The notes under the pieces are model-generated. The model had not been told where the DNA came from and searched no databases. It worked only from the letters and a program-made list of their open reading frames with translations. A DNA stretch of 64,000 nucleotides from contig OZ037765.1 in assembly GCA_964035545.1 (NCBI GenBank), positions 31,061,504 to 31,125,503 on the forward strand, in the 5' to 3' direction. Each line of letters starts with the position of its first letter. Positions within the stretch are counted from its first letter, which is position 1. The stretch is from Bugula neritina. Lineage: Eukaryota > Animalia > Bryozoa. Of this stretch, positions 12,021 to 27,477 are shown one piece after another. A program made the position numbers and the translations under genes.

Positions 12021-14476
12021 ATGGAGGAAAATGCAGACGTCTCATCTCCCGAAGAGCCAGAGAATGAAGTAGTAGCAAGACTGCCCATAGAATACTTTCC
12101 TAGTGGAACCTACTCTCAGTGTACATGCTATTGTCACCGAGTTCAAAATAATGAAGATGAAACTACACATTCTAGTAATTGCCCGACTTATGGTAAATGT
12201 TTTAACCATCACCAAATGTAATGTAATGTCTCAAAATTATACACACTGCTTGGGTTAAGCTCATTTTTTGCTAATAAATTTATATGATTGTAAAAAACGT
12301 AGTAAGTTGAGTTTAAGCATCTTAAACTTTTTTACTGAGATGTGTGAACTAAATATTTGACCCTTGCTTTTGCTCCTGCTGTTCAAAGTATAAGGTCAAA
12401 GTCAATCCTGCTATTGATACTATGGGTCATAGATATGCAAAAGTCTCACTCAGCCATGTTTTTTTCATTTTAATTTATTTACAAATTAGTTGAACAGTGG
12501 TTTTGTCTTTTTATTGACAATATTGAATCTAAACTTTGCTTGCTTATAATGACTTGTAATAATAAACATTTGCCCAGATAAATAGTAATTTGTAACTTTG
12601 AACTATTATATTTCGTACAATGCTGTATAATTGGGGCAAAGGTGCACATATTTGTAAGATACTTTCGGAATGATTCATCTATGAGTCATCGATGAGGTCA
12701 ACAGCTAATACTTTTACTGGAAACACGAAAATAGTCTATGGCTGGCATAAGTTTTGGAACATATGATTTCACAAGTTCTGTTATTTTAGAAAAACGGTGA
12801 CTGTATAGGCATTGTCAGTGCTAAGCAGAGTAGCTGCTGTGAGTACATTTACACTTGCTTATAGAAACCGAATGGACATGGGATGAGAGTATGAACTGCG
12901 AGAATACTGGGCTGTCTAAAGCAAATCTAGAAGTCATGTTCCATAAACATTTTAGCAACGGTACCGCTGCCATTAGAGGGTCAGCTCCTCTTCGCGAGGG
13001 TCAGCATTACTGGGAAATCAAGATGACTACTGGTGTATATGGCACAGATATGGTAAGACGTTCTCTAACTCTCATGACTGAGAGAATATATTATAGTCTC
13101 TATAAGAAATGTTGAACTGATATGTCAACACGTTATATAGACATACTAGAAATCAAACTCTAGTCACTTCAAACCACTGCATAGATAAAACATGCAGCAG
13201 TAGCATGCCGTGTGGCTACTTCTATGTAGTTATATTCTTTCATGGCAGTTTGACAAGCTGGCTAGTATTATTTGCATGCCTAAGACATGCAGGTACTCTA
13301 CCATACTGTCTAGTCAGTTTTTGTAACACACTTCTTAGCTAATGTTAGTAGTTATAGTTTTTGTATTTCTACTTCCGTTAGGATGTCTTTTCCTTTTACT
13401 CACTTGTTTTTCACTTCCCAAACTCTGTTCAGCTTGTTTTGTAGATGGTGGGGTTTGGCACAGAAGCGGTCAACCTACAGAGTGCCGCTAACAAGTTCAC
13501 CAGTCTACTGGGCCTGGACAGTGAAAGCTGGGGATATTCCTACACGGGAAATCTCATACACAATGGTGTGAAAAGGAAAATTTCTCAAAGTTTTGGTCAT
13601 GGCGTTGTGATTGGTATCCACTTGGACATGTGGCTTGGTAGAATGTCTGTGTTTAGGAATGGGAAATTTCTTGGTAAGTCAAATAGTTTAATGTGCTTAC
13701 TTCTTCTAGCAATTCTTTGCAACTGTTTCTTTATATTAATACTAGGATGATGCCAAAACCACAAATAAAAAATATATTGAGCAATATTGTTTATATTTCT
13801 ACTCTCTCATTTCCTATATGGTAGATAGTGTGGTGTGTTTATGCTTATCTTATTGTAGAGTGTCTATAGGCTATAGTAGGTGTAAAAGACTGTCCTAGTT
13901 TTATAATGCAGTCCTTTTTGGAGTAAATATGGTTATAGAAGGGAAGTTATAATTGTCATTAGAGTTTTGGTGTTGAGGTATTTGTTCTTGTATTTCTTAT
14001 AGTCAGAAAACAAATAATTTGTGTAGTTATGACTACCAGGACTATGTTTTTATCACTGTTATTAACAAGTAAATAAGGTAAAACATTATGTGGGCAGATC
14101 TTTTATTGTAGGAGTTGGGTTTTCTAGTGGTATTAGAGGCAAAGAAATCTACCCCATGGCTTGTTCAACAGCCGCGCGTACTGGTATGAGAATTGTCCGT
14201 TCTTCCTCTTTTCCTACTTCACTCCAATTTATGTGCTGCCAAGTATTGCGTAACTCTCTGCCAGCTGACAAAGATGTAAGCGAATCTATATTCATACCTC
14301 CAGGACTAAAACTCTTTCTAATAAACAACCTGGATTGGTTGCTAAGGCCATACTCTCCAAAGGAAGTTAGTGGCACTGTCACTAAGCTGCGTAAACGTGG
14401 GGTGCGCTGTGAACCCAAAGGAGGATGTAGTGAAATGAAGCGTGCTCGTAGTGATGTCACTGATCAAAAGAACTGA
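12021..14476 (+). CDS. SPSB3: SPRY domain-containing SOCS box protein 3
   Basis: Exons are 12021-12192, 12865-13052, 13445-13673 and 14112-14476. SPRY domain: GTAAIRG..GQHYWEIKM..VYGTDMMVG..SWGYSYTG..IGIHLDMW..YPMACSTAARTGM. SOCS box: SLQFMCCQVLR..IPPGLKLFL. The start codon is less certain. Confidence 0.92.
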
Positions 14477-15001
14477 TTTTTACTGCTGATATATTTTTTT
14501 AATTTAGTTGTAAGATGGTGCAATTGTAATTTGAATTGGGAAAGTGGGCGATTATTTTATTTCCATTTGTCATGTATTATAGTGAAGATTATTTTTTAGT
14601 CTATTGAAATGATTTTAGTTTTTACAAAGTCCCAACTTGATTAACAATATTTTTTTCAATCAAAGACTATTTTATAGTACATACTTTTTTATTTAATTTA
14701 GATTTTCTTGCTGCAAAATCTCAAGTGAACTTTGCTGTTTTAAGTAGTTCCAACTTCTGGTATTTTTAGAAGAAAATGAAATAAACTGAAAATTTTTATC
14801 TATTGCTTAAATATTTCTAATATTTATATAAAAGAGTATTTGAATGCTCAGGCCATACACAGCATGTGAAAGGAGAGCATACAAATATTTCAAAATACTT
14901 GCTTACTGACGGCATCGAGAATTATTTTTGTGTCTATTCTTTACAAATGTAAGTAAATATGAGTAGGATTCGAAAATCAAATGTTTAATGTATATTCACA
15001 G

Positions 15002-15002
<1 letters not shown>

Positions 15003-15031
<29 letters not shown>
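15003..15031. repeat. (TA)n microsatellite
   Basis: Direct. Confidence 0.95.
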
Positions 15032-15033
<2 letters not shown>

Positions 15034-17333
15034 ACTGGTGGAGAGCAGCTGTTTTGTCCCCTCATCAGCACAGAACAGACTACCATATATAGTTACATAG
15101 TTATGAGCATATATTAAGCATTTCATATATTAAGCATTTAACATAATATATTTAACTTGAACCCGCTACCCGAACAGGACAAAGTGGAAATAGGTGAGAA
15201 AAAAATAACTATTCGATAACTGTATGCAAAATGATATACACATTTTTAGTTTATAAATACCTTTGTTATATATACAGCTGTAAACATATAATATCTTATC
15301 CAAAAAAAATGAATTATTGCCATAATACTCGCTTCATATTTCACAACCGGAGTTGCTTTCTTTTGCTAACATTTACAAATGGAAGTATTCTACGCACTTG
15401 TTTTTGAGAGCTCACACGTGACTAACGTTGTAAATATCACTTATTTATACCAGTATAATCTATGAACTATAACCCTTTGATTTATCCTTGAGAACTAAGT
15501 GAAAGCTATTTGGGGCACTGTGGTCACCTTGCAGCAGTTTAGGGGAAAGGACTACAGCTACGCTAAGAGGTTAGCGAAACTCTTACAGTTGCGATTGAGT
15601 GTTATAACTTGTTGCCATTGAGTTAACTTTGTGAATATTATGTGATCCAGATCTGCGAAACTGAGTCTGCCCACTCACATTGTGATTGTGAGTGTCACTC
15701 TGACACTGACTGTGAGTGTGACTGTGAGTGCGGAGAAAGCAGTCTCAGAAAGCATACTCGTACTATTATTCATTGCATTAAAATTTACTGATAGTCATTA
15801 CAGTTACTCATTACTCATTACTATTACTATTAGTCATTACTCATTGAGTCATTAGTGATTAGACTTAGTCATTAGACTTACTCTTAGTCTTAGAGTTAGT
15901 AATCACTCCTTAGTCATTAGACTTGGTGATCCACTGATTTAGATTAGACTTAGTTTGATAAGACTTGGTTTTATTCGTTATGATTACCATAATCATAATC
16001 ACAATGATAATAAATGATAATTATAATTATTTTATTTATATGATGCAGATAATCATAATATTAATAATAATTGTTATTATAATTTATATCAATAACAATT
16101 CATTAAATTTAATTCATAACTGTAAGTGTAGGTGTAAGTGTAACACTAACTGTAACAGTCACAGTGGGTATTACTACTAGTAGTAGTAGTAGTACTAGTG
16201 CTACTGTAGTACTACTACTACTAGTAGTAATAGTACTACTAATAATAGTACCACTGTAACACTAACTGTTGGGTGCATACTCACACTGCATAGTGATAGT
16301 CTTATACTGAGTGATAGTGATAGCGATACTCCCACTGATACTGGTAGTGTGTGAGATGTGTAAATGCCAGTGTGGTTTGCATTGTTTTGTTAAAGTCAGC
16401 AAATTCGGTCAGAGCCAATCTGAGTATGATGGTTTCATTTATGAAATTTGTCATTTCTTTTGGCTATAAATAAACTTAAAGTAAGAAGACTACTACCATC
16501 CGCTATTCTCCAAACTGTGTGTCAACGTACTTATATGGTCTTTGGTTGTGTATCAATGTGTACTGTTTGAAGAATTTTGATGTGTTTTTTATTTTAGTAC
16601 TGGAATTAATTTGTTAAATTGAAACTATAACCTCTATTTCCATGAAAGAGTGGAGTTTTATCAGATGTAAGAAATGATACTAGAGAGTGTTATACAGTTT
16701 CCTCTATACTGCATGATAAGGCAAGACAAAGAACACTAATCATGTAGTTATATTTTGCAGACAAATAATGTAAATGTTTTGGTGCTGAAATTCAACATTA
16801 TCCAAGCGTTTAAAGAGCAATCCTGACTGAAGTATCTTCATAAATTTTGAAATCTCTGTAAGTTTCATCTTCTTTTGTGTTACCTGAGTTACAGCTGATC
16901 TCTAGTGCTAGGAATGTCCAAGCATTTCCTAGCAGTAAGTTGATCTTTTAGTCTCGACTGTGGAATACTTAGTGTTCAATTTATTTACATCAGTGAAGTT
17001 CCATTGAACTCTTGCATTATAGCTTTCTATCAATGTTTGATGAATCATGTAATTGTATGTCACTGGTAACTTCAAAAAGCTGCTTTTTAAACTTTAAAAC
17101 ATCGAAGTATAAGAGTACCATAAATGCCTTCATAAATAGTTTGTATAGATATAGAAATGTTTAGCAAAATCATCCCATATATTCAATATTAAGTAATTAG
17201 ATGTCCTTTTTCAGATTGAATGAATTGGGAAAACCTATGTTAATATTCAAAATATGTAACAATATTTATGTTTATGAGATTCCATATTGTTTTCCAATAT
17301 TTTCTATCATATTGGTTATTTTATTGTTTAGCG

Positions 17334-19495
17334 ATGGCGTCTAACTACGACTCCTCAGACGAGTTGATAGCAGAACTCAAGTGCTGCATTTGCCAAGACA
17401 ATTATGATGACCCAATCAGTCTTTCATGTGGACATAATTTCTGCCGTCAATGCATTCTCTCTGTCCTTAACACGTGTAATGATGATGCTCGTGTCAACTC
17501 AGAGGCAGCTCTTTCCTGTCCGGTTTGTCGTGAAGTTCATTTCGTTAGCGCAAATACACTGTCTAATATGCCTGTAAACCTCAAACTCCGTAACATAGTA
17601 GCAGCTGTGGACAATAGAATCAAATTGCAGCCGGCCAAATGCGCTACGCATAATAAACCTTTCGTGCTGTTTTGCTTTGACTGCAAAGAAGCAAAATGTT
17701 TGACCTGTTTCATAACCTCATGTTCGTCATCATCTCACGATACTAAGGAAATTGATGAGCTCACAGCCGAAATAAGGTCACAGATTGATGAAAAGTTACA
17801 AGAATTTTCCGAATCTTCTAAGCCAGAACATCTCACAGAACTGGAACTTCTGACCGATAAGCGCCTCAGTTGTGCAGTCGAGAAGATTAAGAATTATTGC
17901 AAGGAAAAAGTGTTAGAAAATAAAAAGGTTTGTCAGTTTGTTTGTTTGTGGCATAGTGTTTACTTTTTATAAGATTTAAAGTATTGAGCCCCTTTATTGA
18001 GCACTCGAACTATAAATAAATACCCTATGCTATCCTAGAATCTAGTTTCTCTGAAAGGCAGATGATTGATAAAATAATGCATATTGAGTTGCTGAAATTT
18101 GAATCCTTGTTGGTTGATATTTAATCATAATTTTTTTTATTTTTTGCACCTTGTTCAAAATGATTATTGTGCAATTTCTATGGTCTGTAAAATATTAGAA
18201 CTGTAACTTCGTGTGGACAACACATTACTGTTTGTAATTTGACTGTTGTTATGACGAGTCAGTCTGTATTCTAGGACCAGGAGAAACGAAGAGAGCAGCT
18301 GAAGGAATTCCGTACTTTCCCGAATTACTCGTTACTGACCAGGAAAGATGAATTGGATGCTCTGTACGAGTGTCTCCCTGTTGATACTGCGTGTAAGAAT
18401 CTAGTGACGGAATTAAGAAAATGTGTAGGCCAGCTTGAAGATGTGCTCAAAGAAATTGGTAAAGATGTAGCTTGTAACGATGAGTGCCACCCTGTTGCTC
18501 TGTCGTCAAGTTACTCCACTTCTCCTGAAACCTCTGTTGGTCGCGCGGAATCTCATTTCCCCCAATCAAGTGCTTCAAACTTTTTATCCACTAGCCACGC
18601 GGCACTAGCTGAACACTATTCTGAGTCATTCGCTGTTGGCAATGCCTTTGGTTTTCAATTATCCGATTACGAGGTTGCTCCTTACCCGGAAATGGAAAAT
18701 TTTTATGACATAATTTCCAATTTTACCTTTGATGATCACTTGGTTTCAAATGTGTTATTTTTGGAGGGAAGGGGTATGGCATGTACTAGTGTTGGAATGT
18801 GTCCTGTCTTTGCCGAAAATACCGAAGACATCCGCCTGTCGGGAACTTTTGTGAAAGATGCCTGTCAGATCAATGCTCATAAGATGTTAATACTGACATC
18901 GGACTCTCTACAAGTACATAGAATTGATGAAAATTTCAATAGTCCGCCTATATTTGTCCTTCCTGTGCCACAGCCAGGTTGTCAATTCGATTGCATAGCT
19001 GTAGGCGGTCACTCAAATTCTATTTACTTTGCAGCAGATACAGCCAACAATGTTATTCATACATGGAGCTCCTTATCGAGATCTTGGAGTGGTGGCATTA
19101 AGATTGATTACTTGCATTACAGGGGTGTCCCAAAGCTCCACATGTGTGGTCATGAAGACCAATTCTATTTGTCTTTGCATAATAGCAATGACATAGTGGC
19201 TGTGGGTGTTGACAACCTCACAGTATGGCGTAATAATCGTGATATTTCACAACCTACTGGCATGGCGATCGATGAGAATACGTTATATGTGTGCCAAGGA
19301 GCGCACGCTAACTGCTGTGTTGTCTTGCTTAATTTAGACGGTTCTCTCAGAACTCGTATTTTACAAGCAATGGTTGAAATTCCGTGGGCCATTGCTGTTA
19401 ATGGAGACAAAATAATGGTACTAGAACGACACCACGAACACGAACTCAGTAGATCATCTATCAAGTTGAAAATATTTCAAGAAGTACCTACCTAG
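17334..19495 (+). CDS. TRIM-family E3 ligase (RING, B-box, coiled coil, divergent NHL-like beta-propeller)
   Basis: Exons 17334-17927 and 18275-19495 join in phase 0. C3HC4 RING: CCIC..CGHNFCRQC..CPVC. B-box: CATH..FCFDC..CLTC..H. C-terminal NHL-like motifs: QPTGMAID..LYVC and PWAIAVNGDKIMV. Confidence 0.88.
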
Positions 19496-20111
19496 CCAAT
19501 AGGCTGTGGGTCTCGGTAAATATTTTTTACAATTTCTATTAGCGATTAAATTATATTATATATCAACATTTTCGCTTCCTCTTGGCATTTTTTTCACATT
19601 TATACTTCAACTGCAAAAATGACTTTTAATATTTAAAACTATTTAATTTAATATAGCGCTCTATTTGTTATTTGTAAAATATTATTTGTGTAAAGCAAGT
19701 TTGTTACTTAGTTTATCTGTAGTTTTGTGAAATATACATGTATGGAACAATGTTTATTCTGCTTGCTTGCTTATAAACTATGGGTCTAAACTCTAAAGGT
19801 TGATATTTTAGTCAACATTTTAATTCTTTTAGCTTCATGGGTTTTGCCTTGTAAAATATGTAACTGGGTTTTTATCACCCGCTTCATTAATTAAAAAGAA
19901 CTTGAAAATGTAATCTTTGAGTTATTTATAGTAATTAAATTTACATGAAAATATTCAGCAATAAATTATTTCTTATTATCAACATAATCATAATGTGTTG
20001 TGTTACTGAGTATTTGCAAGAATTACAATTTGAAATTTTGTAAAATTAAGGCAAAAATGTTGATCTCTTATGAAATTCAAATCATGTACTCCCAATTTTC
20101 ATCATCTATAA

Positions 20112-20444
20112 CAGGGGTGCCCAGCCTTTTCAGACCAAGGGTCACTGAAAGGGAATATTTTGTGGCGAGGGCCACATGATAAACTTCAGCTTCAGGCCAC
20201 AGCATCAGTATTTTTTCATATTACACTGTTGCAAATTCTCATGAATAATTACACAATTAAGTTCCGACTGTTACTGCAGGCTGCATTTTTTGTAGCATGT
20301 GTAGAAAACAGTCATTTAAAATGTGGTTTTTCACTTTAATTCATGTATGTGGGAAAAGTAATTTCAGCTTTATGCCTTCGAGGGCCGTTTAAATGTAGGC
20401 TGGAGGCCACATCCAGCCCTGGGGCCGCCTGTTGGACAGCCCTG
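20112..20444. mobile_element. hAT-type MITE, 333 bp
   Basis: TIRs CAGGGGTGCCCA...TGGACAGCCCTG. The 8-bp flanks atctataa (20104-20111) and atctatag (20445-20452) match at 7/8. No coding capacity. Confidence 0.85.
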
Positions 20445-22773
20445 ATCTATAGAATATAATATGCATAGTTGGATTCTAGAATTAATATTTCCAATTATGC
20501 TGACTATGTTGACAGGCTGTTTGAGAAGATTTACTGCTCCGATTTGTCAGATCAGAGAATACATAGTGTTTTGTGTTTTTGCGGAGTAGATACTGTACAA
20601 TAATGTAATATATTTACAGAGAATAATATGCTGGTAGGTAATGACTATAGTAGAGTTAACAACTTGAGTAGACTATGCATGATAAATAATTTACCTAGTA
20701 AATGTAATCTGATATAGTGGTAGTAAACTATAATTTAATTCCCAGAAAGTCAGAGTTCTTGGGAAATGTGCTGTTCTTGAGACAGTAAATAATTATAGAT
20801 GTATGAGGTCTTCTTTCCTTTTTATGTTTAACTCTTACTTCTGTAGTTTACAAGTTATACCTTTAAGATATTCCACCAGCTTGCTGAAATATGGTTTCCG
20901 TTAGTGCTGAGGTTTGCCTGCCTCCTTGAAGACTGCTGTGACAGGTTGATGTAACTATAAATTATTATACCTGCTCTGTCACGGTATGTAGACTACACTG
21001 TATCTACAAAATTCAAGAAAGAATATGGAATACATATTCTGAAAGCAATGGACTTGAAACTTGAGTACAGCTGAAATTGAAATATGCAAATGAGCTAGGC
21101 GTCATGATACTACATGGAAATTGTTTTAAACAAGAAATGCATTAATATACTAAACTTATAATTTACAGCTCTTTGAATACGTAATGCAAATATAATATGC
21201 TTAGTAATATAGTATTATACAAGTAATTGTGGTATAGGGATAATTCTGCGTACATGTTTTTATTCAGTGTTGGGATTTGTAATTTTAACCTTTTCTTACA
21301 TTAACATTAATTGGTAAACAAACAAGAATAAAACAAGGGCATATATATTTATTCGATCATACTAACATATGGATGACATTTAATATTAATTATATACTTG
21401 ATGCATTATACAGATTTGATATAACCTGGTGTTTACTTCACTTATAAAATCTAATATCTACAAAGTTAATATGTGAACAACAAACAATACATATTATTAT
21501 ATATTATATAATTTTTGTTATAAAATATATATTCCAGACTATGGGTTATGGTACAATTAATGCTGGTATAATTTATAAGCCCTAAAAATCCTTATACGAT
21601 CAAAGCCATGTTATTTCAAACAATAAATTTACAAATTTAATAATTTTTAATTTTTTCTTTTTAAATTCTTTTATTTCCATTCAACAATTTGTAAAGACTC
21701 TGGGTTATGCTTCCTTGCAGTTGTCTTGCTATGAAATGTATTTTATCACTCTATATCGTTGTAAAAGATGTAGCTCTTAATGGAGGAAGACATAACCGTT
21801 CATTTCTGCCTGTCACAATCTGTAAAACATGAATAAAGCTATTAAGAAGCATCAGGAAATCTTTAGCATCCTCTAAAGTCTAAAGCATAAAGTAGCAGTA
21901 AAGCTTACATCAAAGTTTTGTAAAGTCAAGATGCGTTGGCAATACCCCATCATAATGAATTTGCAGCACGAATACATTGGGAGACTTCAAAACTGAAAAC
22001 TTGAAAGCTGTTTTGAATCAGATTCTACTTTATTGGAAAATTCTATAGTATATAGAAATGAAATAAGTTATAATGGTTAATTAGTCCAACAAGATTAATA
22101 GTACGGAGTTATTTTGTGCTAGCTTAAATTTTTTTATTTCACTCTTTAGTGTTTAGTTAATGATTGGACTATAAAACGATTATAACTACTTATAAAAATG
22201 TCATATTCCTTTTAAATATTATACTCAAACCTACTTATACTTCATCAGCATTGCATTGATCTCTAGTATATCTTTTAACACTTTTTATAAGAGATTATTA
22301 CAATTATTTATGTGTAAAAACAAATTTCAATTTTACCAAATATATGAAAATCTGAAATAAAAATACTGTTATTGTTTTTTATACAATGCTATTTATACAT
22401 TAAAATAAAAACAGTATCACAAAAAGAAAGTACATACATTTTGGCTCATGCATAAAAAGTATAATCCAAGCTAAATTAAAATAATACTTATAAACCGGTG
22501 CTCTGTTGTCCTGAAATATACCCAAACTTTGAAAGTAAATGATGGATTGTGGTGCACTTCATTAAAAAGTCAAGCATGAGAGTCAAAAAGTCAATCTAAA
22601 AACTGCACAAATGAAACAATAGACTAATATATACAAAAAATATATAAAGTTTAATAAATATAATTGTTGATTTAAAAAACTATAATACACCTTCTATAAT
22701 ACAGACTAATAAACAGAGTGTTTACAAAGTATAAAGGTCTGTCACAGGTAGCGATTGTCTGACTCATCAAATA

Positions 22774-25700
22774 TCACAAGTGAGTGATGTATACTTCATT
22801 TCCTTCGTTGTTTTTTACAGGAGTTTTCTTCTCTTTAGTATTCTGTAAATGCCAACATAATAGGCAATCATAATTTAGATAATATAATATATTACCTGCA
22901 GCACTTATTAGCTTCTAGAAAAATATCATAACATAGAAGCTTGCCTCATCAGAGTGAACTTTCTAGTAGAACTTATTTAAATTCTTTGAACAGTATATTA
23001 AACTTTCAAGATATTGTTATGCCATCGAATGCAAGCAACTATTAGAATTAGAAATATATTATGTTAAATAATTGAAAATTGCAAAAATTTACTTTGCTAT
23101 AAAAAATATGTGAATTTATGAGCATACTGAGTGGTTACTTAGCTGCAAAATGCATATTTAGGTACTGATACCTTTTACTAGAAGATAAAAACCTACCAGC
23201 TTAGGATCCTTCCTCATAATTATCCAACAAATAGTGAAAGTAACAGAGGCTAAGACATGGAATCCCACAGACAAACCTGCAAAGTAATTATTATCCCATT
23301 AATGTAATAGTAGTGTTATTTTTATGAGATGTTCTATTTGTTTTTGCATTCTTTCTTACTTTGCCTACTGTCTATTCTAGCATATCTTACAAATTACACA
23401 CACTTAAGACATTCTAATTAATACATTAGTAATGGTATATCTTTTAACATGTCATCACAGTATTAGTAACAACTGAATGAAACTAGACATCTAAAAGCAC
23501 TCAGTACAGTAACAACTTGCACATTTCCAACACCCATCAAGCCATAACTGAAGCAAAGATATTTTCTTGGCACTAATAAATTCACATTAAATACCTTGCA
23601 CTATTATAACGGGCATTCAAACATTGTTTTATGACAGAGAGTTGCCATGGCGACATTGGGGCATGTTGTAACATGTTTAATTTTTGTGTGTATCAATAAC
23701 TGGGAATGTACGAGTGTTTGTTGATAAAGCAATAAATAAACATATTATACTTCAACTAGATTACTAAAAACAGTACAACTCACACATAACAAGCTAAAGA
23801 GAGTTGATTCATACCTAGAAATGTGTATCTAAACTTTGTGTTGTCATAAACCAGACAGTTGAGAAGTTGCCCACAGTCTTCCTTGCGCCAATCACAGCTC
23901 GAGTCTATTACAGCGCCATATATAATGGGAGCTGGGAGGAGGGCTGCAAACAAATAAATAATTTTAAAGAAACCATTCTATTAAACTGTACTTATTGATT
24001 AAAAGTGGAAATGGTTTAAGTGCTGGTTGCTAGATGCTACTTGAAAATCTGAGATAAGCTTTATTATATTGAATTAATAGTAAACAACTATAAAGTTATA
24101 ATAATAAATATGACAACCATTATAATTATCATGTGATTATGATAATTATAATGGTCGTCATGGTAGCAATCTCTTATCCTAAGGCTAACAGAGATACTAG
24201 CCACACACAGTGTGTTTACAAGCCAACATGAGGAGAATAAATAAGATATTGTTACTGTCAGGCTATGATTATTACATCCTTTGTTAAATCAATTTTTATG
24301 TTGCAAAAAATGTGAAGTTTTAAAAAATTGTTGGACAAAGAATATATAAACAAAATAAAAAACAGCATTTTTTTAAAAACTATTAGACATTCATATTTCA
24401 TTTTACCTGCTGTTTTTTCTCATTTGTGTGTCTAGTTTAAATTTAAGGTAAATGATTGAAACTGATAGAAAAATCTCCTTCAAGCAGGCATTGAGTTGAG
24501 AAGACAATCCTTGGTATTACTAGTATTAGTGAGTAGGAGTTATGCTACCACTTTCCCTATTGCCAACTTGCTTATTACCAACATTGTAAAGGCAATTTTT
24601 AAACACATAAATGACTATAATACTTAGGTGATAAGCCTTATTTAAGTATGACTGCAACACAACATCTCTCCCTATAAGAATATTATTATTGTGAGCAAAT
24701 TTGGGATATGAATCTTAATTAGCAATGAAGTACCACATCCAAAAGTTTCTGTAACATAACACTAGCGTATCATTAGCATATTGCTAACATAGCACTAACA
24801 TATTACTAACAGATTACTAGAATAGCACTAGATGATTTTTAGACCTGAATTTTCACTCGATTAAGTTTAATTGTTAGCATAGTATTCATAACTAAATATT
24901 TAAATACGAGTGCCACAACAACCACCCTACCTAGAAGTCTGATGACTACAATCTGGATTCCAAGTCCAAATGATTTCAACTCATCTCGTACACACCTATA
25001 AGAAATTATCACAGTATTATACCTGATTCAGTTATAGTCAATGCATGTTTTGGCTTTTCATTGTTGCAAGAAAAGTGTTGGGCTTTGATAGACTTTGGTT
25101 AGAATATTGCAAATTTACAAGTTATCAAAGAACTCTCTGCAAATATTTTAATCAATAGCAATATTATATTATATTAGAATCTGGTAGCACAAACCTGAGG
25201 GTAATGATGGCAATAGGGGTCTTTGACGCTGCTAAAGCAAAGCTAACCAAAGCCAGTACAACAAGAAATGCTGGTAGAAGCCTGCAGTTATTTTTACAGG
25301 AATTCTCAACTACTGATTGGTGAACAGTAGAAATATTATCCAATGACAAATCACCAGAAATAGAGCATGAGCACAATTCACCCTACAAACACAACAATCA
25401 GGCGATTTAATAAACTATGGAGTGTATTCATGTAATATATTTTAAACTACTTTAATTCTTTTCAATGTAAAACAGTTTGATTACTTTAAAGCTTAGTCTT
25501 AAAATAAATATAAAAGGCCAGCTTTACAGGCCATTCAATTATTTCAGCAGAGCTGTTCAATGACTAAATGCAAACGGTATAAATCCATATTTGGTACAAA
25601 TCCATATTTGATCCGGGTCTGTTATACAATGGATTATAACTATGTCAACAATACTTTGATAGTGAATGCTGACTTGTACAGGAATTGATTTACACTCCAG

Positions 25701-27246
25701 TCAAAAAATATGCCAGAATTGATTTTGCATTTGTCATTGTTTTCATGACAAAACAGCTGTATTGGAAAATTACACAACAAAAACATGGTGTTGAAACTAC
25801 ACAATACATAGTGGCAAAAATAGATGGAAGTAAGTAATCAAATGGTGACGCTGTCTTAGATGGAATGCTGACTGCTTCATTTCCCAGCAGCTTTATGTAA
25901 TACCCAATAAACTACAGCTAAATTTTTGGGCAATTACATAATATTTGGAAGCAACAGCTTGTACCATTGCTAAACCTATAAATGTATCATTACATGCAAA
26001 GTGTCATATGATGTTTACTTTATACATGTGACAGGTACAGCAAGTGCACCTAAGTGACTCATAACCAACTCACCAGACCATCAGTGTCACTATTAGAACA
26101 CCCAAGATGGCATCTACTAGGGTAAGTTATCTCCTCATTTACACACACAGGTTTATAAACTGTTGGTCTGCAGTTGCAGTTTTCATCACAATTCTGTACC
26201 CAGTTGCTAGCATTTCTAGATAGAGTGTTATGGCTAAAACAACAAAATTTTGAGATTATAAATAAAATACATTCTTCTAAAATAGTACCCCAAATAGTAT
26301 AAAGTATAGAAACTAAGTTAGTTTTAAACAAAGGTTTAAAAATACTTATTGGTTAAACTCTTTATGTTATATAATTTGTCAGTAGGATAAATCTTGTACT
26401 GCTACTTTCAGTAGAAACATAGTTAACCTTCCCTGAGATTTCAAAACTAACCTGATGTGGTTGATACCAGCTACTTTGAGATCGTCACACCCAATGAACA
26501 GACCCGCAGCTGTTAGAACTAAAGCTACGACATTGAGCAGTGCAACTGATTTGATAATTGCTACAAATAAAACACAAATTAGTCATCAATACTTTAAACA
26601 ATCGAAATGATGAGACTTGAAACTTTTTACCATTGTTAAAATAAATTTATTTTGAATAAAAATTAATTGCGATAAAATCAGAGATCTGTTATCACATGAT
26701 GTAATAGTGCTCACCCATTAGACTCATATCAAATCTCTTCATCAGATAACCAAACAACACGACTCCAATTACAGCGGGTGGGATTGCCGCCCCTCCTATA
26801 AAAATTAAGATTAAAATACTTGATATCAAAATTAGAAAATTGACGACAATGCATTGTAAATAATATGTCCGTTATTACTATACGTTTCATAAGCTACTAC
26901 GCATTATGAGTTATATATTGTTTTGTGTGCTAACTTGATTCTGTTCAACTATACTGTTCATAAACAACTTATGACCACAGTGAGTTCACAATGCATTATG
27001 TATGATGAAAGTGAAACCAACTGAAAAGCTGAACTGAGTAACATAAAGGTAAGTAAACACAGTTAACTGGAAATGCAAAAATTACCACAGGATTGGAAAA
27101 CTTCCAAATATTAGAAATGACTCAACCAAAACTCCAGCACTCAAGCTGATATGTGACTACTAGCTTAATTGACAAGGTATCTTGCTTTCTCCCTCCCCCC
27201 TCTCTCCCCCCTCTCCCTCTCCCTCTCCCTCTCTCCCACCTCTCTC

Positions 27247-27318
<72 letters not shown>

Positions 27319-27353
27319 TCCCTCTCCTTCTCCCCCTCTCCCTCTCCCTCTCT

Positions 27354-27407
<54 letters not shown>

Positions 27408-27446
27408 ACCTCTCCCCCCTCTCTCTCTCTCTCTCCCACCTCTCTT

Positions 27447-27477
<31 letters not shown>

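Noticed and set aside
14149-14460. Antisense ORFs over real exons (also 6199, 7876, 19165, 28225, 30231, 50911, 56997)
   Set aside because: Shadow frames of genuine coding exons.
20860-21992. Minus-strand exon-like segments with splice-like signals between TRIM and SLCO-A
   Set aside because: Stops in the usable frames, one implied intron is only ~35 nt, and there is no recognisable protein. A lncRNA cannot be excluded without RNA data.
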